A stretch of DNA of 64,000 nt. It comes from Vicugna vicugna. Its lineage: Eukaryota. Below, piece after piece: positions 62,686 through 64,000 of this stretch (positions are counted from its first letter, which is position 1; each line of letters begins with the position of its first letter). The stretch is taken from NCBI GenBank assembly GCA_013265495.1, contig MU058781.1, forward strand, positions 9,405,009 to 9,469,008. Reading direction: 5' to 3'. The position numbers were made by a program, and so were the translations under genes. The notes beneath the pieces are model-generated. The model did not search any database and was not told the DNA's origin. It was given only the letters and a program-made list of their open reading frames with translations.

Positions 62686-64000
62686 TATGTTATTCCGAGT
62701 TTAGTGCTGTCTCTTGCCTTAGAGTAGCAGGTGACTTTGACATCTTCTGGATCATGTTAGACTGTGAATGGAGGGGAGAAAACCAAGATAAGGAGAGACC
62801 TGTTTTCCTCTGTGGGGTCCAGTTTCTTAGTAAAAGTTGTACTGAGAAGCCACACGCACTTCTGCAGTGAGCCCACTCTAGTGGGATGTCCTGTGTATAC
62901 TGGGTTTCATCGTGCTGATGTATATTTGCAAGGACAGCGTCCTAGATAGGAATGAGCAGCTATGAGCTCAGCAAGATCATACTCACTGGTGCACATAACC
63001 ACGTGGAAGAGGATGCCATCTGGGTAACCAAGCCGGATGCGCTTAGTACACAGAGTGAGTTGGGGCTGACATTTCAGTTCTGGGTGACATTGAGGACTTT
63101 TAAAATGAGATTGGTATGGAGTCTTCTCTCAAAGTAGAGGTCTGTGACCACCCAAAGGTGGCTCTTGGGAGAGAGTTCAGGATAGAAACACTGCTAGAGG
63201 TTCTAACATGAGATACAATGTCATTGCACCCTTTGTGATATTTATTCAATGAAAAATTCCTTTAAGGGTCTTGGTTTCCTAAGACAGCCCATCTCATGTA
63301 AGAATACAGTCTACTTGAGACTTTGAGCAGAGGAACAAGGCTTGAAAACCTTATCAGTAAGGAATTCTAGAGGTTTTGACTAACCACGGAAAAACTGAGT
63401 TTCCTTCTCTTAGGTTGAGCACCTGCGATGAAAGGAAAGAAAACAGTTTCCTGAGTTTATTTAAGTCAATAAAGAAGGTTGGTGTGCCTAGCTTTCATTA
63501 CATCATTCATCAAGAGACTTCGTGTGGGAACTTTGCAGGTCTGGCTCCCTGCATGATGTGATGGAGAGAGTGATTAAGATACGGAACTTGCTCTCTGTTT
63601 GTGTTCTTCACCATCTCCAGGTGGGGGAAGATTTAGAAGTTGAAGCACAGTATGGAGAAGGAACTTATTTTGATACAGACAGATGGTTCAATCATGAGAA
63701 TTGGTTGAAATGCCTTGATAAACTGCTACATTCGATAAGTAGGGGGTGTGTGTCTGGTTTTAAATAAACCAAAGGGCTTGAAGAGACCCAGGAAAGAGAC
63801 AAGGTGTGCTTTTTTCACTGATGTGACAGGACGCATGAACTTAAAACTGTAGGGCTCAAGAAGAGCTTGGCTAGGCTGTCGGAAGAATTGTGGGTACACA
63901 CAGGGCTGGCATGTGGGGCATTTGGGAGCTGGTGGCTGCACCCTCTTCTCATCCCATAACTTACCCAAGACATGTGGACTCAGAGAATCACACCTTCAGA

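Noticed and set aside
1264..63968. All other 60-150 aa ORFs in the supplied track
   Set aside because: Many start at non-ATG codons, overlap repeats or simple sequence, and resemble no protein I know. Their number and length are as expected for non-coding mammalian DNA.
1..64000. Naming the host gene
   Set aside because: No coding exon or other diagnostic sequence was recognised, so any gene symbol would be a guess.

Overview
Mammalian non-coding DNA, almost certainly from a camelid (camel/alpaca/llama). It carries two tRNA-derived SINEs of the camelid Vic type plus artiodactyl-type L1 3' ends, and I saw no ruminant or pig SINEs. I recognise no protein-coding exon: the only ORF with a recognisable product is an L1 ORF2 C-terminal remnant (27322-27645, minus strand). 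The + strand looks T/G-rich and most L1 fragments lie antisense to it (about 13 minus vs 3 plus by my count), so the window most likely lies inside a long intron, or non-coding 5' part, of a gene transcribed on the + strand. I cannot name that gene. The window is a mosaic of old repeats (L2, MIR, L3/CR1, L1M, MLT1, LTR16, MER21, MER2/MER8, MER82, MER5) and younger camelid insertions, separated by repeat-poor, enhancer-like stretches. The most interesting signal is an old MER21-type ERVL solo LTR (34593-35540). It is unusually CpG-rich, keeps a CCAAT box and a TATA-like box, has gained a TGACGTAA motif by micro-duplication, has GATAAA where the poly(A) signal is expected, and carries a G|GTAAGT donor. 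About 1.1 kb downstream lies a clean 41-nt cassette exon candidate (36315-36355). Together these suggest a possible exapted LTR promoter. All repeat names come from recalled consensus sequences matched by eye, and boundaries are approximate unless a TSD is given.
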